This document shows positions 1-11,377 of a stretch of 64,000 nt of DNA, one piece after another. Origin of the DNA: Microcoleus sp. (GTDB lineage: Bacteria > Cyanobacteriota > Cyanobacteriia > Cyanobacteriales > Microcoleaceae); assembly GCA_042408215.1 (NCBI GenBank), contig JAYFMW010000003.1, positions 224,001-288,000 of the forward strand. The letters are read 5' to 3'. Both the position numbers and the translations under genes were made by a program. The notes under the pieces are model-generated. The model saw only the letters and a list, made by a program, of their open reading frames with translations. It was not told the DNA's origin and did not search any database. How positions within the stretch are numbered: position 1 is the stretch's first letter; every line of letters starts with the position of its first letter.

Positions 1-216
1 TTTGGCATCCTCACCAGATTGTCTGAAGAAACCCGGTTTCTGACTCCCCACGCGCCTAATCCAAGAAACCGGGTTTCTGCGAGAATTTTGGCATCCTCAC
101 CAGATTGTCTGAAGAAACCCGGTTTCTGACTCCCCACGCACCTAATCCAAGAAACCGGGTTTCTGCGATAATTTTCACATCCTCACCAGATTGTCTGAAT
201 AAACCCGGTTTCTGAC
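1..216. repeat. Tandem 86-bp repeat (about 2.5 visible copies) of the AGAAACCGGGTTT/AAACCCGGTTTCT palindromic family
   Basis: Unit starts at 1, 87 and 173; units are nearly identical and each carries the inverted motif pair. Confidence 0.9.
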
Positions 217-1191
217 TCAAGTTTTAGGTTTCTTTTGGGGAACTTGGGGAAGTTTTAAGATTTTGTCGGCGGCCATTTTGTCAACGATTAAATCGCCGAT
301 AATTTTAGCACCGTGGGAAGTAAAGTGCACGCCGTCATTAACTTTTACATATCCTCGCTTCCCCGATTTGTCAGCAACTACAGGAGTAAATTGGCCACCT
401 TCAGCAAAAGTATCCCAAGTTGAAATAAATTCGATTTTTCTTGAAACTTTACTCGCATTTTTATAGATATCGTTCATAATTGGAAAAGCCTTGATGTACG
501 AAGATCTGTTAGAGTTCGATTGACCCACCCAGTACACTTTACGCACGGAGGAATAATTCAATAATTTGGCATATTTTTCGACTCTTTCTTGATAGGCTTT
601 TTGCCATTCTTTAGTCAGGATTACCCGGGATTTTCCTCGATCATCAGTGATGTCTTGAGTGTCATTTCCTCCAAATAAAACTATCACTACATCCGGCTGA
701 TAATCATTGATAATTTCTTTGGTTCTGGCATACCAGTCATAATAATCTATGCGATTTAAGCCACTGGATACTTTGTAGTCAATTTTCGTATCAGCGATCT
801 TATATGTTTCCTTCATACTGTACTGGAGTTGAATTCCTAAATCGAACATTACTGAATCTCCAATAAACAAAAATCTGCGATAAGGTTTGGTGAGTTTCGG
901 TTTGACTGCGGTTGGCTTTTTAGTTGAGTTTTTCGGTGGTAATGGCGTTTTTTCGAGGTTAGCAGTTGCGTTTTTTGGGGGGATGCGGTCGAAGTCAATA
1001 TCTTTAATTTTGCTCCAAAAATCTTGTTCTGCTTTCCGAAAACCTTCGATATTTACCTGTCGTGCTGCTTGTTTGATTTCGGGAGTTGCGAAAGGAGTTG
1101 AGGATAAACTCTTGAGAAATAAAGATAAGTTGGAAAGGATCAAAGTGAGAATTACAGAAGTAAAAATTAGTAAAAATTCTCGATCTCTCAT
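217..1191 (-). CDS. SGNH/GDSL-family (DUF459-like) protein, probable O-acetyltransferase partner of the MBOAT
   Basis: N-terminal TM, GDS motif (FIGDSV), GGND block, DGVH motif; directly downstream of the MBOAT gene. Confidence 0.8.
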   Translation of the reverse strand: MRDREFLLIFTSVILTLILSNLSLFLKSLSSTPFATPEIKQAARQVNIEGFRKAEQDFWSKIKDIDFDRIPPKNATANLEKTPLPPKNSTKKPTAVKPKLTKPYRRFLFIGDSVMFDLGIQLQYSMKETYKIADTKIDYKVSSGLNRIDYYDWYARTKEIINDYQPDVVIVLFGGNDTQDITDDRGKSRVILTKEWQKAYQERVEKYAKLLNYSSVRKVYWVGQSNSNRSSYIKAFPIMNDIYKNASKVSRKIEFISTWDTFAEGGQFTPVVADKSGKRGYVKVNDGVHFTSHGAKIIGDLIVDKMAADKILKLPQVPQKKPKT

Positions 1192-1196
1192 ATTTG

Positions 1197-2612
1197 TTAA
1201 AAATTAAAGTATATAAAAGGCGGGACGGTGCTCGGCCCTAGCATCAAAATAGTATACACGAACAGCGAAACTAAGACAACCCGAAAAAATATGTTTTTTA
1301 AGGAGAGCATGACTTGCAATAGTTGGGAAATGCGATCGCCCCAGAAGTTAATAGCGCCAATTACTGCAATTACTAAGTACAATTGCCAAAAGTTAAATTG
1401 AAAGGTTGGGACACCGGAATGTATAATGCCTTGGAAAAACTGCACCGCAGTTTCCCAGTTGGGAGTGCCAAAAAATACCCAGCTACAAGTGACAAAACTA
1501 AAGGTTAACAACCAATTCATAACTTTAGCTAACCTGGGAAAGGAATAGTCTAATTTGAAGTGGATAGCTTGGGGGATATCTCTGCATAAATGGGTGACAA
1601 TTAATCCTAAACCGTGAAGGGTTCCCCACACAATAAAGTTTAAACCGGCACCGTGCCAAAATCCGCCGATCGCCATTGTTAAAAATAAATTCAGGTACTT
1701 TCTCAATTTGCCGTGTTTGTTGCCTCCTAATGGAATGTAAAGGTAGTCTCTCAACCACTCGGAAAGACTGATGTGCCACCTTTTCCAAAACTCTTGGAGG
1801 CTTAAGGATTGGTAAGGCATATTAAAGTTGGGAATGGGTTTGAAACCTAGCAAGCAGGAGATACCGTTGGCTAAATCTGAGTAGCCGCTGAAATCTACAT
1901 AAATTAAACAGGAATAGGAGATGGCTGCGAGGATTAAATCGATGCTGCTGTACTGTTGGGGAACTTTGAATGGCAATTGTGTGAAGTTAAATAAAAAGCT
2001 TGACAAAGTATACTTTTTGAACAGTCCCGACAAAATCAAAACTATAACTTCTTCGATTTGATAGTCGTATTTTTGGGGTGAATTTAGCTGGGAGTAAAAT
2101 TCGCGAGATCGGGAGATTGGCCCGGAGGCAATTTGGGGAAAGTAGGTGATGTAGGTGGCGTAGTCTATAAATTTAGGACAGGGAATTTTTTCCTGGTAGC
2201 AGTCGATTAAATGGGAAATCATTCTAAAAGTGTAGAATGACACGCCGACGGGGGCGAGCATTTGCACAACTTGAAAACTGGCGGGGATTTGTAGCTGGTT
2301 CAGTACCTCAAATAAAGAAGTTACAAAAAAGTTGCAATATTTAAAGATGCCGAGGTTGGCAATGTTGAAAATTAGGCCGGATATGAAAGCAAATTTTTGA
2401 TATTTTCCGTTGCAAACAGCTCGGAGAATGATATAATTGTAGGCAGTAGCTAAAACTAGGAGGAGGAGAAAGTCGAAACTCCAGAAGGAATAAAATAATA
2501 AGCTGGAAAGTAGTAAAACAATTTTATACAAATCGACTTTTTGTTTCAAAGGGAAGAGGGCGCTAAAAACAATTAGGAAAAAAACTAAAAATTGGTAAGT
2601 GGGAAATAGCAT
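1197..2612 (-). CDS. MBOAT O-acyltransferase (AlgI/PatA-like)
   Basis: GVSFYTF, DFSGYSD, FWKRWHISLS and GFWHGA motifs; ATG at 2612 chosen as start. Confidence 0.92.
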   Translation of the reverse strand: MLFPTYQFLVFFLIVFSALFPLKQKVDLYKIVLLLSSLLFYSFWSFDFLLLLVLATAYNYIILRAVCNGKYQKFAFISGLIFNIANLGIFKYCNFFVTSLFEVLNQLQIPASFQVVQMLAPVGVSFYTFRMISHLIDCYQEKIPCPKFIDYATYITYFPQIASGPISRSREFYSQLNSPQKYDYQIEEVIVLILSGLFKKYTLSSFLFNFTQLPFKVPQQYSSIDLILAAISYSCLIYVDFSGYSDLANGISCLLGFKPIPNFNMPYQSLSLQEFWKRWHISLSEWLRDYLYIPLGGNKHGKLRKYLNLFLTMAIGGFWHGAGLNFIVWGTLHGLGLIVTHLCRDIPQAIHFKLDYSFPRLAKVMNWLLTFSFVTCSWVFFGTPNWETAVQFFQGIIHSGVPTFQFNFWQLYLVIAVIGAINFWGDRISQLLQVMLSLKNIFFRVVLVSLFVYTILMLGPSTVPPFIYFNF

Positions 2613-2658
2613 GAATTTCAGGAGATAAAAAATTGGCAACTGTCAATATAGATATTTT

Positions 2659-2913
2659 GTAGGAACACTGCATTGCCGATTAGTGTCAACTTAAGCTCAA
2701 ACCCATTCATAGACTGCTGTTTAACTATTAAATCTAGCTCCCCCCTAGCCCCCCTTCTTAAGGGGGGACAAGAGTCTTTTCTTTCGTCACCCCCTACTCA
2801 CACCCTACTCCCTTCTTAAGGGGGATTTAGGGGGTTCTGGACTCGGATATAAACGAGATTTCTCAAGGGTTTTAGGCGATTGTTGACACGAATGGGGAAT
2901 GCCGTGTCCCTAC
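2659..2913. repeat. Nested palindromic element: TGTCAACTTAAG...GTTGACA MITE-like unit (2684-2888) inside a GTAGG(G)ACAC...GTGTCCCTAC palindrome
   Basis: Terminal inverted repeats, internal C-run/G-run hairpins around a TTAAG core; homologous copies at 38188 and 44529. Confidence 0.8.
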
Positions 2914-3062
2914 TTGAGGTTTTGGCAAAAAGTCAATTATGTAACAAGTTCAGTGGCTTAACCGCACTCAGAAGTTCACAATCCCGTTTAAAGATTAAGA
3001 TGGTTGTGAGAGTATATATTATTCAGGGATAAAAGCAGAATTCCCTGTGATTGCGAGGAACC

Positions 3063-5993
3063 ATGCAGCCAACAGACCCTAGCAAATTTACCGATCAAGC
3101 CTGGGAAGCCATTGTCAAATCCCAGGATGTAGCCCGCCGCTTTGCGAATCAGCAGCTAGAGGTTGAACATTTAGCGATCGCCCTGATCGAACAGCAAGGC
3201 CAGGCCAACACCATTCTCAGCTTGGCTGGGATCGATGTCACCCGCTTAGCCCAGCAGTTAGAAACTTTTGCCAGACGCCAGCCTAGAGTGGCCAACCCTG
3301 ACCAACTATACCTCGGTCGCGGCTTAGAAGTGATGTTAGATGCTGCCGAGTCTGCCAGACAGACTTGGCAAGATAATTTTATCGCCGTTGAACATTTATT
3401 AATAGGCTTACTAGAAGACGAACGAGTTGGTCGGCGTTTGCTGACTAGGGGCGATGGGCCGCCGGGCCGCCCTGGTTACGATCGCAAACCCCCCTCGGGC
3501 ACAATCGATCGCCCAAAACTGGAAGAAGCAATCAAATCCTTCCGCAGCAGCGCCAAAGTTCAAGACCAAAATCCCCAAGCTAGCAAGACTCGTAATCCTA
3601 GCAAAACTCAAGACCAAAATGCCGAAGCTAACAGCGACGCGCTAGCTAAATACGGCCGCGATTTGACAGAAGCAGCCAAAGCAGGCAAACTTGACCCCGT
3701 AATCGGCCGCGACGAGGAAATTCGCCGGGTAGTGCAAGTTCTGTCCCGCCGCCAGAAAAATAATCCGGTGTTAATTGGCGATCCCGGAGTCGGAAAAACT
3801 GCGATCGCCGAAGGTTTAGCCCAACGCATTGTCAACGGCGATGTCCCCGAATCTTTGAAAAATCGCCAACTATTTAGCCTCGACATGGGTAGTTTAATTG
3901 CAGGGGCAAAATTCCGGGGCGAATTTGAAGAACGATTGCGATCTGTACTGCGAGAAGTCATCGATTCCGACGGGCAAATTGTCCTATTTATTGACGAATT
4001 GCACACCGTTGTTGGAACTGGTGGCGGTGGTAGTTCCGGTTCGGGAATGGATGCGGGAAATTTGTTAAAACCGATGTTGGCCAGAGGTGAATTGCGCTGC
4101 ATCGGCGCCACAACTCTCGACGAATTCCGCAAGAATATTGAAAAAGATCCGGCCTTAGAACGCCGGTTTCAACAAGTATTTGTCGGCGAGCCCAGCGTTG
4201 AAGATACTATTTCCATTTTGCGCGGATTGAAAGACCGGTATGAACGCCACCACGGGGTAAAAATTACCGATTCGGCCCTGGTAGCTGCTGCAACTCTTTC
4301 TTTTCGCTATATTTCCGATCGATTTTTGCCGGACAAGGCGATCGACCTTGTAGATGAAGCGGCCGCCCACTTGAAAATGGAGATTACTTCTAAACCCGTG
4401 GAATTAGAAGTAATCGACCGCCGGGTGATGCAGTTGGAAATGGAAAAATTGTCGATCGAAGGCGAGGGAAAAGGTGCTCAATCGCCTGGGATCGGCCCCC
4501 GCATTGAACGCATCACATCTGAGATTGACATTTTAAAAGTCAAGCAGGAAAAATTGTCCTCTCAGTGGTTGGGCGAAAAGCAGTTGTTGGATGCAATCAA
4601 TAAATTGAAAGCAGAAGAAGACCAATTGCGAGTCCAAATCGAACAGGCAGAAAGGGCTTACGATTTGAATAAAGCTGCACAGTTAAAGTACGGCAAGTTG
4701 GAAACTGCGGTGCGCGATCGGGAAGCGAAAGAAGCGGATCTTTTGAAACAACAATCTCAAGGTTCTTCCCTACTGCGCGAAAAAGTTACTGAGGGTGACA
4801 TTGCCCAAATCGTGGCAAGCTGGACGGGAATTCCTGTCAATCGGCTGTTAGAATCTGAGCGCCAAAAATTGCTGCAATTGGAGAAGCATTTGCACCACCG
4901 GGTCATCGGTCAACAGGAGGCTGTGACAGCCGTTGCTGCGGCAATTCGGCGGGCTCGCGCGGGGATGAAAGACCCCGGAAGACCGATCGGTTCTTTCTTG
5001 TTTATGGGCCCCACAGGCGTCGGAAAAACTGAGTTAGCGCGGGCTTTAGCAGAGTTTTTATTTGACAGCGACGATGCAATTGTTCGCATTGATATGTCCG
5101 AATATATGGAGAAGCACAGCGTCTCCCGGTTAGTAGGAGCTCCTCCCGGATATGTCGGTTACGATGAAGGGGGACAACTTTCGGAAGCAGTGCGGAGACA
5201 TCCTTATTCGGTAGTGTTATTTGACGAAGTGGAAAAGGCTCACCCGGACGTATTTAACATTTTGCTGCAAGTGTTGGATGACGGCAGAATTACGGATTCT
5301 CAAGGCAGAGTTGTTGACTTTAGAAATACCGTAATTGTGATGACTAGCAATATCGGCAGCGACCACATTTTAGAAGTGTTTGCTAAGAAGGGAAAAACTG
5401 CGAAAAAGCCTGCTAGTCGGAAGCATGAAGTGCCTGATTTGTCAAGTCAAAAGACAAATTATAAAGTTGATGATGATGGCACGGTTGAGGTGTCAGCTTC
5501 GCGAGTTTCTGATGCTGTAAGTTCTCCAATTTCTCAGGAACCTGAAAGTGTATTGAGTCAAGAACGGGAGACTGATGAAGAGTATGAACAGATGTTGAAA
5601 CGGGTGATGACTGCGTTGCGATCGCACTTCCGGCCGGAATTTCTTCAGCGGGTGGACGAGACAATTTTGTTCCACACTTTGAGCAAGATCGAACTGCGGC
5701 AAATAGTCAGCATTCAAGTCAAGCGGCTCGAGCGTTTGTTGGCCGAGCAAAAAATCACTTTGGAACTGTCGGATGCGGCGAAAAACCATATCACAGATGT
5801 CGGTTACGACCCGGTTTACGGCGCTCGTCCCTTGAAACGCGCTATCCAGCGGGAGTTGGAAAACCCGCTGGCTAACAAGATTCTGGAAAATGCGTTTGTG
5901 GAGGGTGATACAATTGCGATCGACTGTGAAAATAATACTTTGCAATTTCGCAAAAAAGAGTCTCGCCCAGCGCTGACAGGTAACAGTTTGTAG
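3063..5993 (+). CDS. clpB: ATP-dependent chaperone ClpB
   Basis: Clp N domain, two Walker A motifs ([16 protein letters not shown]), coiled-coil M domain, GARPLKR. Confidence 0.96.
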   Translation: MQPTDPSKFTDQAWEAIVKSQDVARRFANQQLEVEHLAIALIEQQGQANTILSLAGIDVTRLAQQLETFARRQPRVANPDQLYLGRGLEVMLDAAESARQTWQDNFIAVEHLLIGLLEDERVGRRLLTRGDGPPGRPGYDRKPPSGTIDRPKLEEAIKSFRSSAKVQDQNPQASKTRNPSKTQDQNAEANSDALAKYGRDLTEAAKAGKLDPVIGRDEEIRRVVQVLSRRQKNNPVLIGDPGVGKTAIAEGLAQRIVNGDVPESLKNRQLFSLDMGSLIAGAKFRGEFEERLRSVLREVIDSDGQIVLFIDELHTVVGTGGGGSSGSGMDAGNLLKPMLARGELRCIGATTLDEFRKNIEKDPALERRFQQVFVGEPSVEDTISILRGLKDRYERHHGVKITDSALVAAATLSFRYISDRFLPDKAIDLVDEAAAHLKMEITSKPVELEVIDRRVMQLEMEKLSIEGEGKGAQSPGIGPRIERITSEIDILKVKQEKLSSQWLGEKQLLDAINKLKAEEDQLRVQIEQAERAYDLNKAAQLKYGKLETAVRDREAKEADLLKQQSQGSSLLREKVTEGDIAQIVASWTGIPVNRLLESERQKLLQLEKHLHHRVIGQQEAVTAVAAAIRRARAGMKDPGRPIGSFLFMGPTGVGKTELARALAEFLFDSDDAIVRIDMSEYMEKHSVSRLVGAPPGYVGYDEGGQLSEAVRRHPYSVVLFDEVEKAHPDVFNILLQVLDDGRITDSQGRVVDFRNTVIVMTSNIGSDHILEVFAKKGKTAKKPASRKHEVPDLSSQKTNYKVDDDGTVEVSASRVSDAVSSPISQEPESVLSQERETDEEYEQMLKRVMTALRSHFRPEFLQRVDETILFHTLSKIELRQIVSIQVKRLERLLAEQKITLELSDAAKNHITDVGYDPVYGARPLKRAIQRELENPLANKILENAFVEGDTIAIDCENNTLQFRKKESRPALTGNSL

Positions 5994-6246
5994 TGGCGTT
6001 AGGAACAAGCAAGATGCCTGTTCGACAAATTAGATCAAATCCGTTGGTATCGGAATTATTCATCTCTCTCTTCTCGGTCTCTGCGGACTCTGCGGACTCT
6101 GCGGTGAAATCATTCCGAAACAACCGTAAACGATATAATCAATCTTCCTGAAGAACAGCGAAGATGCCTGTTCCACAAATCATTAATCTTCTTGTGGAAC
6201 AGGCATCTTGCCAGTTATTCAAAATGGTTCAATCTGTTACTTGATA

Positions 6247-6477
6247 TCAAGAATTAAACATGGTGCGGCTACCGTAAGCATCCAAGCTGTAGGCGGGAAC
6301 GCGAACGCTGTAATCAATCTCTGTTGCTGTCACTGCTACAGCCAATTTTTCAAAAGCTTCTGAGTCCCAATTGCGATCGTGGATGGGCTTTGACTGTTCG
6401 CCCAGGAAGTATGCTTGAGTGCCAATCACTGATGCTGCTACCCAACCGACGATTAAAAGGGAGATTACGATAGTCAT
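6247..6477 (-). CDS. Small single-TM cyanobacterial protein (possibly Psb35-like)
   Basis: TM followed by GTQAYF.GEQSKPIH.RNW; family assignment from memory only. Confidence 0.6.
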   Translation of the reverse strand: MTIVISLLIVGWVAASVIGTQAYFLGEQSKPIHDRNWDSEAFEKLAVAVTATEIDYSVRVPAYSLDAYGSRTMFNS

Positions 6478-6656
6478 AACTGCTTTTTCCTTAAGTTTTG
6501 TTGCCTTATGTAAACTAATGTAACAATAACTAGCAATGAGCGTCAAGGTGGTGTAAGGTCGTGGCAACCGTCGGACTGGTAGGGAAAACCGCACCTAACC
6601 TCAAGTTGTTACCTACAAAGCGATCGTATGTAGGGTGTGCACCGCGCACCAAGGCG

Positions 6657-6770
6657 TGTCAACTTAAGACCCAAACCATAAAAAATGTCGCTTGTAGGCG
6701 ACTGTGCGATCCCCCTAGCCCCCACCCCCCTGTCCCCCCAAGGGGAGAAAAGAGCAGTCTTAAGTTGACA
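6657..6770. repeat. Short copy of the TGTCAACTTAAG...CTTAAGTTGACA MITE-like element
   Basis: Perfect 12-bp terminal inverted repeat with internal CCCCCTAGCCCC motif. Confidence 0.75.
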
Positions 6771-7060
6771 TGAATGCCCCGTACCCGCCTCCGAGTGTCC
6801 GAGGGAGAGAATACTTATTCAACTTCTGCTTTCTCGCTGTATCCGCGATCGCAAAACCTATGAGATAGTTTGAGTTTTTAGTTAAAAAAATATAAATTTT
6901 GCGTTCATAAATTATGCTCAAAACTCCGCCGCTGGCATGAGGAATTAGCGCCAAATTATAAGGTATGATTTATAAGTTTTGATTTTCAGTAACTATTCCC
7001 CATTCCCGATTATCAATTCCCCATTACCAATTACCCATTACCAATTACCGATTACCAATT

Positions 7061-10000
7061 ATGCAAAACTCAATTTTAAATAACGATCCTTTGTGGTTCA
7101 AAGACGCGATCATTTACGAAGTGCCAATTCGCGCTTTTGCAGACAGCAATGCTGACGGGATCGGCGACTTTCGGGGGCTGACAGAAAAACTGGATTACCT
7201 ACAAAACTTGGGAGTAACAGCAATTTGGGTGCTGCCGTTTTTTCCCTCCCCACTCCGAGACGACGGCTACGATACTTCGCACTATACCACAGTCAACCCG
7301 ATTTACGGCACTTTAGAAGACTTTAAACATCTTTTAGAACAAGCGCACCTGCGGGGAATTAGAGTCATTATTGAGTTAATTGTTAACCACACTTCCGACC
7401 AGCACGCTTGGTTTCAGAAAGCGCGCAGATCCCCTAAAGGCAGTAAAGAAAGAGATTTTTATGTATGGAGCGACACCCCAGAAAAATATCAAGATGCTCG
7501 GATTATTTTCCAAGATTTTGAAACTTCTAATTGGGCTTGGGATGGCGTAGCAAAAGCTTACTACTGGCATCGTTTCTATTCCCATCAACCAGACTTGAAT
7601 TACGATAATCCTGCTGTGATCCAAGCCATATTAGATGTGGTGGATTTTTGGTTGGAACTGGGAGTTGATGGACTGCGAATGGATGCCGTGCCTTACCTGT
7701 ATGAGCGCGAGGGTACTAACTGCGAAAACTTGCCAGAAACTCACGTATTCCTCAAACATTTGCGGAAGCACGTAGATGAGAAATTCCCCAACCGAATGCT
7801 GCTAGCTGAGGCGAATCAGTGGCCGGAGGATGCGGTTGAATATTACGCCGATGGGGATGAATGTCACATGAACTTTCATTTTCCCCTAATGCCTCGCTTA
7901 TTTATGGCTTTGCACATGGAAGATAGCTTCCCAATTAGTGACATTCTCCAGCAAACTCCTCAGATTCCTAATAACTGTCAGTGGGCATTATTTTTGCGAA
8001 ATCATGACGAATTGACGCTGGAAATGGTGAGCGATGAAGACCGAGATTATATGTATCGAGTTTATGCTCAAGACACGCAGGCGAGGATTAATTTGGGTAT
8101 CCGCCGCCGCTTGGCTCCGCTGATGGGAAATAATCGCCGCCGGATTGAGTTGATGAATGCTTTGTTGCTTTCTCTTCCGGGTACGCCTGTGCTGTACTAT
8201 GGGGATGAAATTGGTATGGGGGACAATATCTATTTGGGCGATCGCAACGGGGTGAGAACTCCGATGCAGTGGAGTGGCGATCGCAATGCCGGTTTCAGCC
8301 GCGCCAATCCGCAAAGGCTGTACGCGCCGCCAATTGTTGACCCTGAATATCACTACGAATCTGTTAACGTGGAGGCGCAACGAGCTAATCCGAGTTCTCT
8401 TTGGTGGTGGATGAAACGCCTAATTGCAATTCGTCAACGCTTCCAAGCATTCGGCCGCGGGACTTGCGAATTTCTTTACCCGGAAAACCGCAAAGTTTTA
8501 GCTTTTGTGCGTACTTATCAAGACGAACACATTTTAGTAGTGGCGAATTTGTCGCGCTTCGTGCAGACGGCAGAATTAGATCTTTCGCCATTCAAAGGTG
8601 CTGTTCCGGTGGAGATTTTTGGCCGTACAGAGTTTCCGGCTGTTGGCGATTCTGCTTACTTTTTGAGCTTGAGTCCTCACTCGTTTTACTGGTTTACTCT
8701 CACTGTCAAACAAGAAGATTTTTCGCTACATTTACCTCAAGCCGAACTGCCGAATTTTGCGGTCATCGGCAACTGGAAAACAGCTTTTACTACAAGTAAA
8801 TTGAGTGATAATCTGCTTACTATTTTGCCTAATTACTTGCGAAATAGCAACTGGTTCACCGGTACGGACAGGACAATTCAATCTTTGCAAATAGGTGAAG
8901 TTGTGCCAGTTGAATGTAAAAACTCTACGGGGTTAGAATCAACAATTTACATTTTGCTGTTGCAGTTAAATTATACTGAAGGGATGGCCGAAACTTACGT
9001 TTTGCCTGTAGGTTGGGAAGAGATTCAAGGCGATGCGGACGAACGGGCGATCGCCCGCATTCACTTCCCAGAAACCAACGAAGTCGGCGTACTATTTGAT
9101 GCTACCACTGCTCAAGGTTTTCTCAGTGCTCTGCTAGAGGCGATCGCGAATTCTCGCAGTTACACAGGTGCGGCAGGTAAACTGCTAGGAATTCCCGACA
9201 AGGCACTCACATCAGAACAAGATTTGTCGCAGCTAGAACCTCACGTATTCAAAAAAGAACACAGCAATACATCCGCAGGTTATAGCGATCGCTTCGTCCT
9301 AAAACTCTTGCGAAAAGTTGAAGAAGGTATCAACCCAGAATTAGAAATCGGGCGCTTTTTAACCGATCGCAACTTGATTCAACACTTTGCTCCAATTGCC
9401 GGCTCTTTGGAATATCAGGCCTCTGGAAAACCAGTAATGACGCTCGGCATCCTGCAAAAATTAATCCCCGATAGCAGGGATGCTTGGTCTTATACCTTAG
9501 ACACATTGCGCGACTATTTCGAGCAAGTAATGGCAGTAGAAGCAAAGTATGCCACGGAGAATTTATCTACTGCCCCGGAAAATTATTTGCCGAACGCAAC
9601 CCCCCCACAAATGCAGCGACAGTCAAACTCGCTACAATCCGATTTATCCCTAGAAATTCCCGAATTAGCTCGCGAACTAATCGGTTCCTATTTAGCCTCC
9701 GCCGAACTTTTAGGAAAGCGGACAGCCGAACTTCACCTAGCTTTAGGTTCAGACGCACAAAATCCCGATTTTGCCCCAGAAAGCTTTACTTCATTTTACC
9801 AGCGTTCCATCTATCAACAGATGAGAAATCTAGCAGGAAGGACTTTGCTGCTACTGAAAAAACGGCTGTCCCAAATGCCACCGGAAACCCAAAAATTGGG
9901 ACAAAATCTGCTCAACTGCGAAGACTTGCTGATGGAACGTTTCAAGTCTATTTTGAACTTGAGAATCACGGCCGATCGCATTCGTTGTCACGGGGACTTT

Positions 10001-10441
10001 CATTTCGGAAAAGTTCTTTATACAGGCAAAGACTTCGTGATTATTAATTTTGGAGGAGAACGAAATCGACCATTAAGCGAGAGGCGGATGAAGCGCTCGC
10101 CCCTGCGAGATGTTGCGGGAATGATGCAATCTTTCAATTACGCTGTTACTTTGGGACTCCGCAATGAAGTAGAAAGCGGGATGATTCTTCCTAAAAATTT
10201 ATCTGAGATGCAGCAGTGGGCAAATGTTTGGGATCGCTGGGTTAGCCTGACTTTTCTCAAGAGTTATTTGGTGACAGCAGCCGATGCAAAATTCTTGCCA
10301 AAATCTATCCCGGAAATACAAGTTTTGCTGGATGCTTACATCTTAGAAAAAACGGTTTCTGAGCTGGTATACGAACTTAATTACCGCTTGGATTGGGTAG
10401 AAATTCCCCTTCAGCGGATGCTACAATTGCTGCAACGTTGA
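7061..10441 (+). CDS. treS: Trehalose synthase (maltose alpha-D-glucosyltransferase) fused to a maltokinase-like domain
   Basis: GH13 motifs (NHTSDQH, GLRMDAVPY, EANQ, LRNHDELTLE); C-terminal Pep2/Mak-like domain. Confidence 0.93.
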   Translation: MQNSILNNDPLWFKDAIIYEVPIRAFADSNADGIGDFRGLTEKLDYLQNLGVTAIWVLPFFPSPLRDDGYDTSHYTTVNPIYGTLEDFKHLLEQAHLRGIRVIIELIVNHTSDQHAWFQKARRSPKGSKERDFYVWSDTPEKYQDARIIFQDFETSNWAWDGVAKAYYWHRFYSHQPDLNYDNPAVIQAILDVVDFWLELGVDGLRMDAVPYLYEREGTNCENLPETHVFLKHLRKHVDEKFPNRMLLAEANQWPEDAVEYYADGDECHMNFHFPLMPRLFMALHMEDSFPISDILQQTPQIPNNCQWALFLRNHDELTLEMVSDEDRDYMYRVYAQDTQARINLGIRRRLAPLMGNNRRRIELMNALLLSLPGTPVLYYGDEIGMGDNIYLGDRNGVRTPMQWSGDRNAGFSRANPQRLYAPPIVDPEYHYESVNVEAQRANPSSLWWWMKRLIAIRQRFQAFGRGTCEFLYPENRKVLAFVRTYQDEHILVVANLSRFVQTAELDLSPFKGAVPVEIFGRTEFPAVGDSAYFLSLSPHSFYWFTLTVKQEDFSLHLPQAELPNFAVIGNWKTAFTTSKLSDNLLTILPNYLRNSNWFTGTDRTIQSLQIGEVVPVECKNSTGLESTIYILLLQLNYTEGMAETYVLPVGWEEIQGDADERAIARIHFPETNEVGVLFDATTAQGFLSALLEAIANSRSYTGAAGKLLGIPDKALTSEQDLSQLEPHVFKKEHSNTSAGYSDRFVLKLLRKVEEGINPELEIGRFLTDRNLIQHFAPIAGSLEYQASGKPVMTLGILQKLIPDSRDAWSYTLDTLRDYFEQVMAVEAKYATENLSTAPENYLPNATPPQMQRQSNSLQSDLSLEIPELARELIGSYLASAELLGKRTAELHLALGSDAQNPDFAPESFTSFYQRSIYQQMRNLAGRTLLLLKKRLSQMPPETQKLGQNLLNCEDLLMERFKSILNLRITADRIRCHGDFHFGKVLYTGKDFVIINFGGERNRPLSERRMKRSPLRDVAGMMQSFNYAVTLGLRNEVESGMILPKNLSEMQQWANVWDRWVSLTFLKSYLVTAADAKFLPKSIPEIQVLLDAYILEKTVSELVYELNYRLDWVEIPLQRMLQLLQR

Positions 10442-10767
10442 GTTGATAAGTAGTAGGATTTACGCATGGAGACCTAGAAACCGGGTTTTTACGAAAAGAC
10501 GCGTTGCAGCCCGCAGATTCGGTAAAAAACCCGGTTTCTGACCACCCGTGTGTAAGTTCTGTCTGGAATGAGGAGATTTCTTCACGACTATCTTTAAATC
10601 GCTCCATACTTACCCTGTTTGGACATTTGAACAATACCTATGCAACCGGAAATGATCTGATCTCATTTACGGTTGTTTTGGAATGATTTAACCGCAGAGA
10701 CCGCAGAGACCGCAGAGAAAGAGAAGAGAGAGATAATTCTGGTATAACCGGAATTGATACCACACAT

Positions 10768-10826
10768 TCTTCCTTCTTCCTTCTTCCTTCTTCCTTCTTC
10801 CTTCTTCCTTCTTCCTTCTTCCTTCT
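10768..10826. repeat. Heptamer STRR (TTCTTCC)n
   Basis: About 8 perfect tandem copies. Confidence 0.9.
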
Positions 10827-10828
10827 AC

Positions 10829-11149
10829 TTACTTCAAATAAAGAGATGTTTGATATAAAACTTGTTCTTGATGGGTTAACAAAGTGCAGTCAGAAAGCGG
10901 GTAAGCCACGCAAGTAACAGCGTAGCCAGCTTGCAATTCTAAGGGCTTCAAAAACTTTTGTTCGCTTTGGTCGATTTCGCCGCTAAGCAGCTTGACAACG
11001 CAGGCAGAACACTCTCCTTGCTTGCATCCATTCGGCAAGCGGATGCCGGCATCTTCTGCCATATCTAAGATATACTGGTCGTCTGGTACTGCGATCGTGC
11101 GATCGAGAGCGAGCTCCTGATTCACCAACCGAACTTGATAAACTGCCAT
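10829..11149 (-). CDS. Plant-type 2Fe-2S ferredoxin
   Basis: CKQGECSAC...TC cysteine pattern. Confidence 0.9.
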   Translation of the reverse strand: MAVYQVRLVNQELALDRTIAVPDDQYILDMAEDAGIRLPNGCKQGECSACVVKLLSGEIDQSEQKFLKPLELQAGYAVTCVAYPLSDCTLLTHQEQVLYQTSLYLK

Positions 11150-11377
11150 TTTTTCCTCTGGACTAAAGTCAAGTGTCACACTTCTATCGAGTTGTATGGT
11201 GCGTCAGACGCAGTTCTAGGGTGATGATTCAAGGTCTTGGATCTGACGCACCCTACTAATTATGCCAGTTGCGTAAGTCATTTTCCTCTTGAATCTGGAT
11301 TGCTTGTATTTAATGAATAGCTCCCCGACTTCGCCGAAGTTGTCGGGGAGCTAACTCTGATTTTACATTGATTATAT

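Noticed and set aside
1..216. Possible CRISPR array at the window start (also 34098-34293)
   Set aside because: Whole 86-87 bp units are duplicated with no unique spacers, and the motif is a dispersed repeat family.
5381..5580. Intein in ClpB
   Set aside because: Too short, with no C/S start, no terminal HN motif and no intein blocks.
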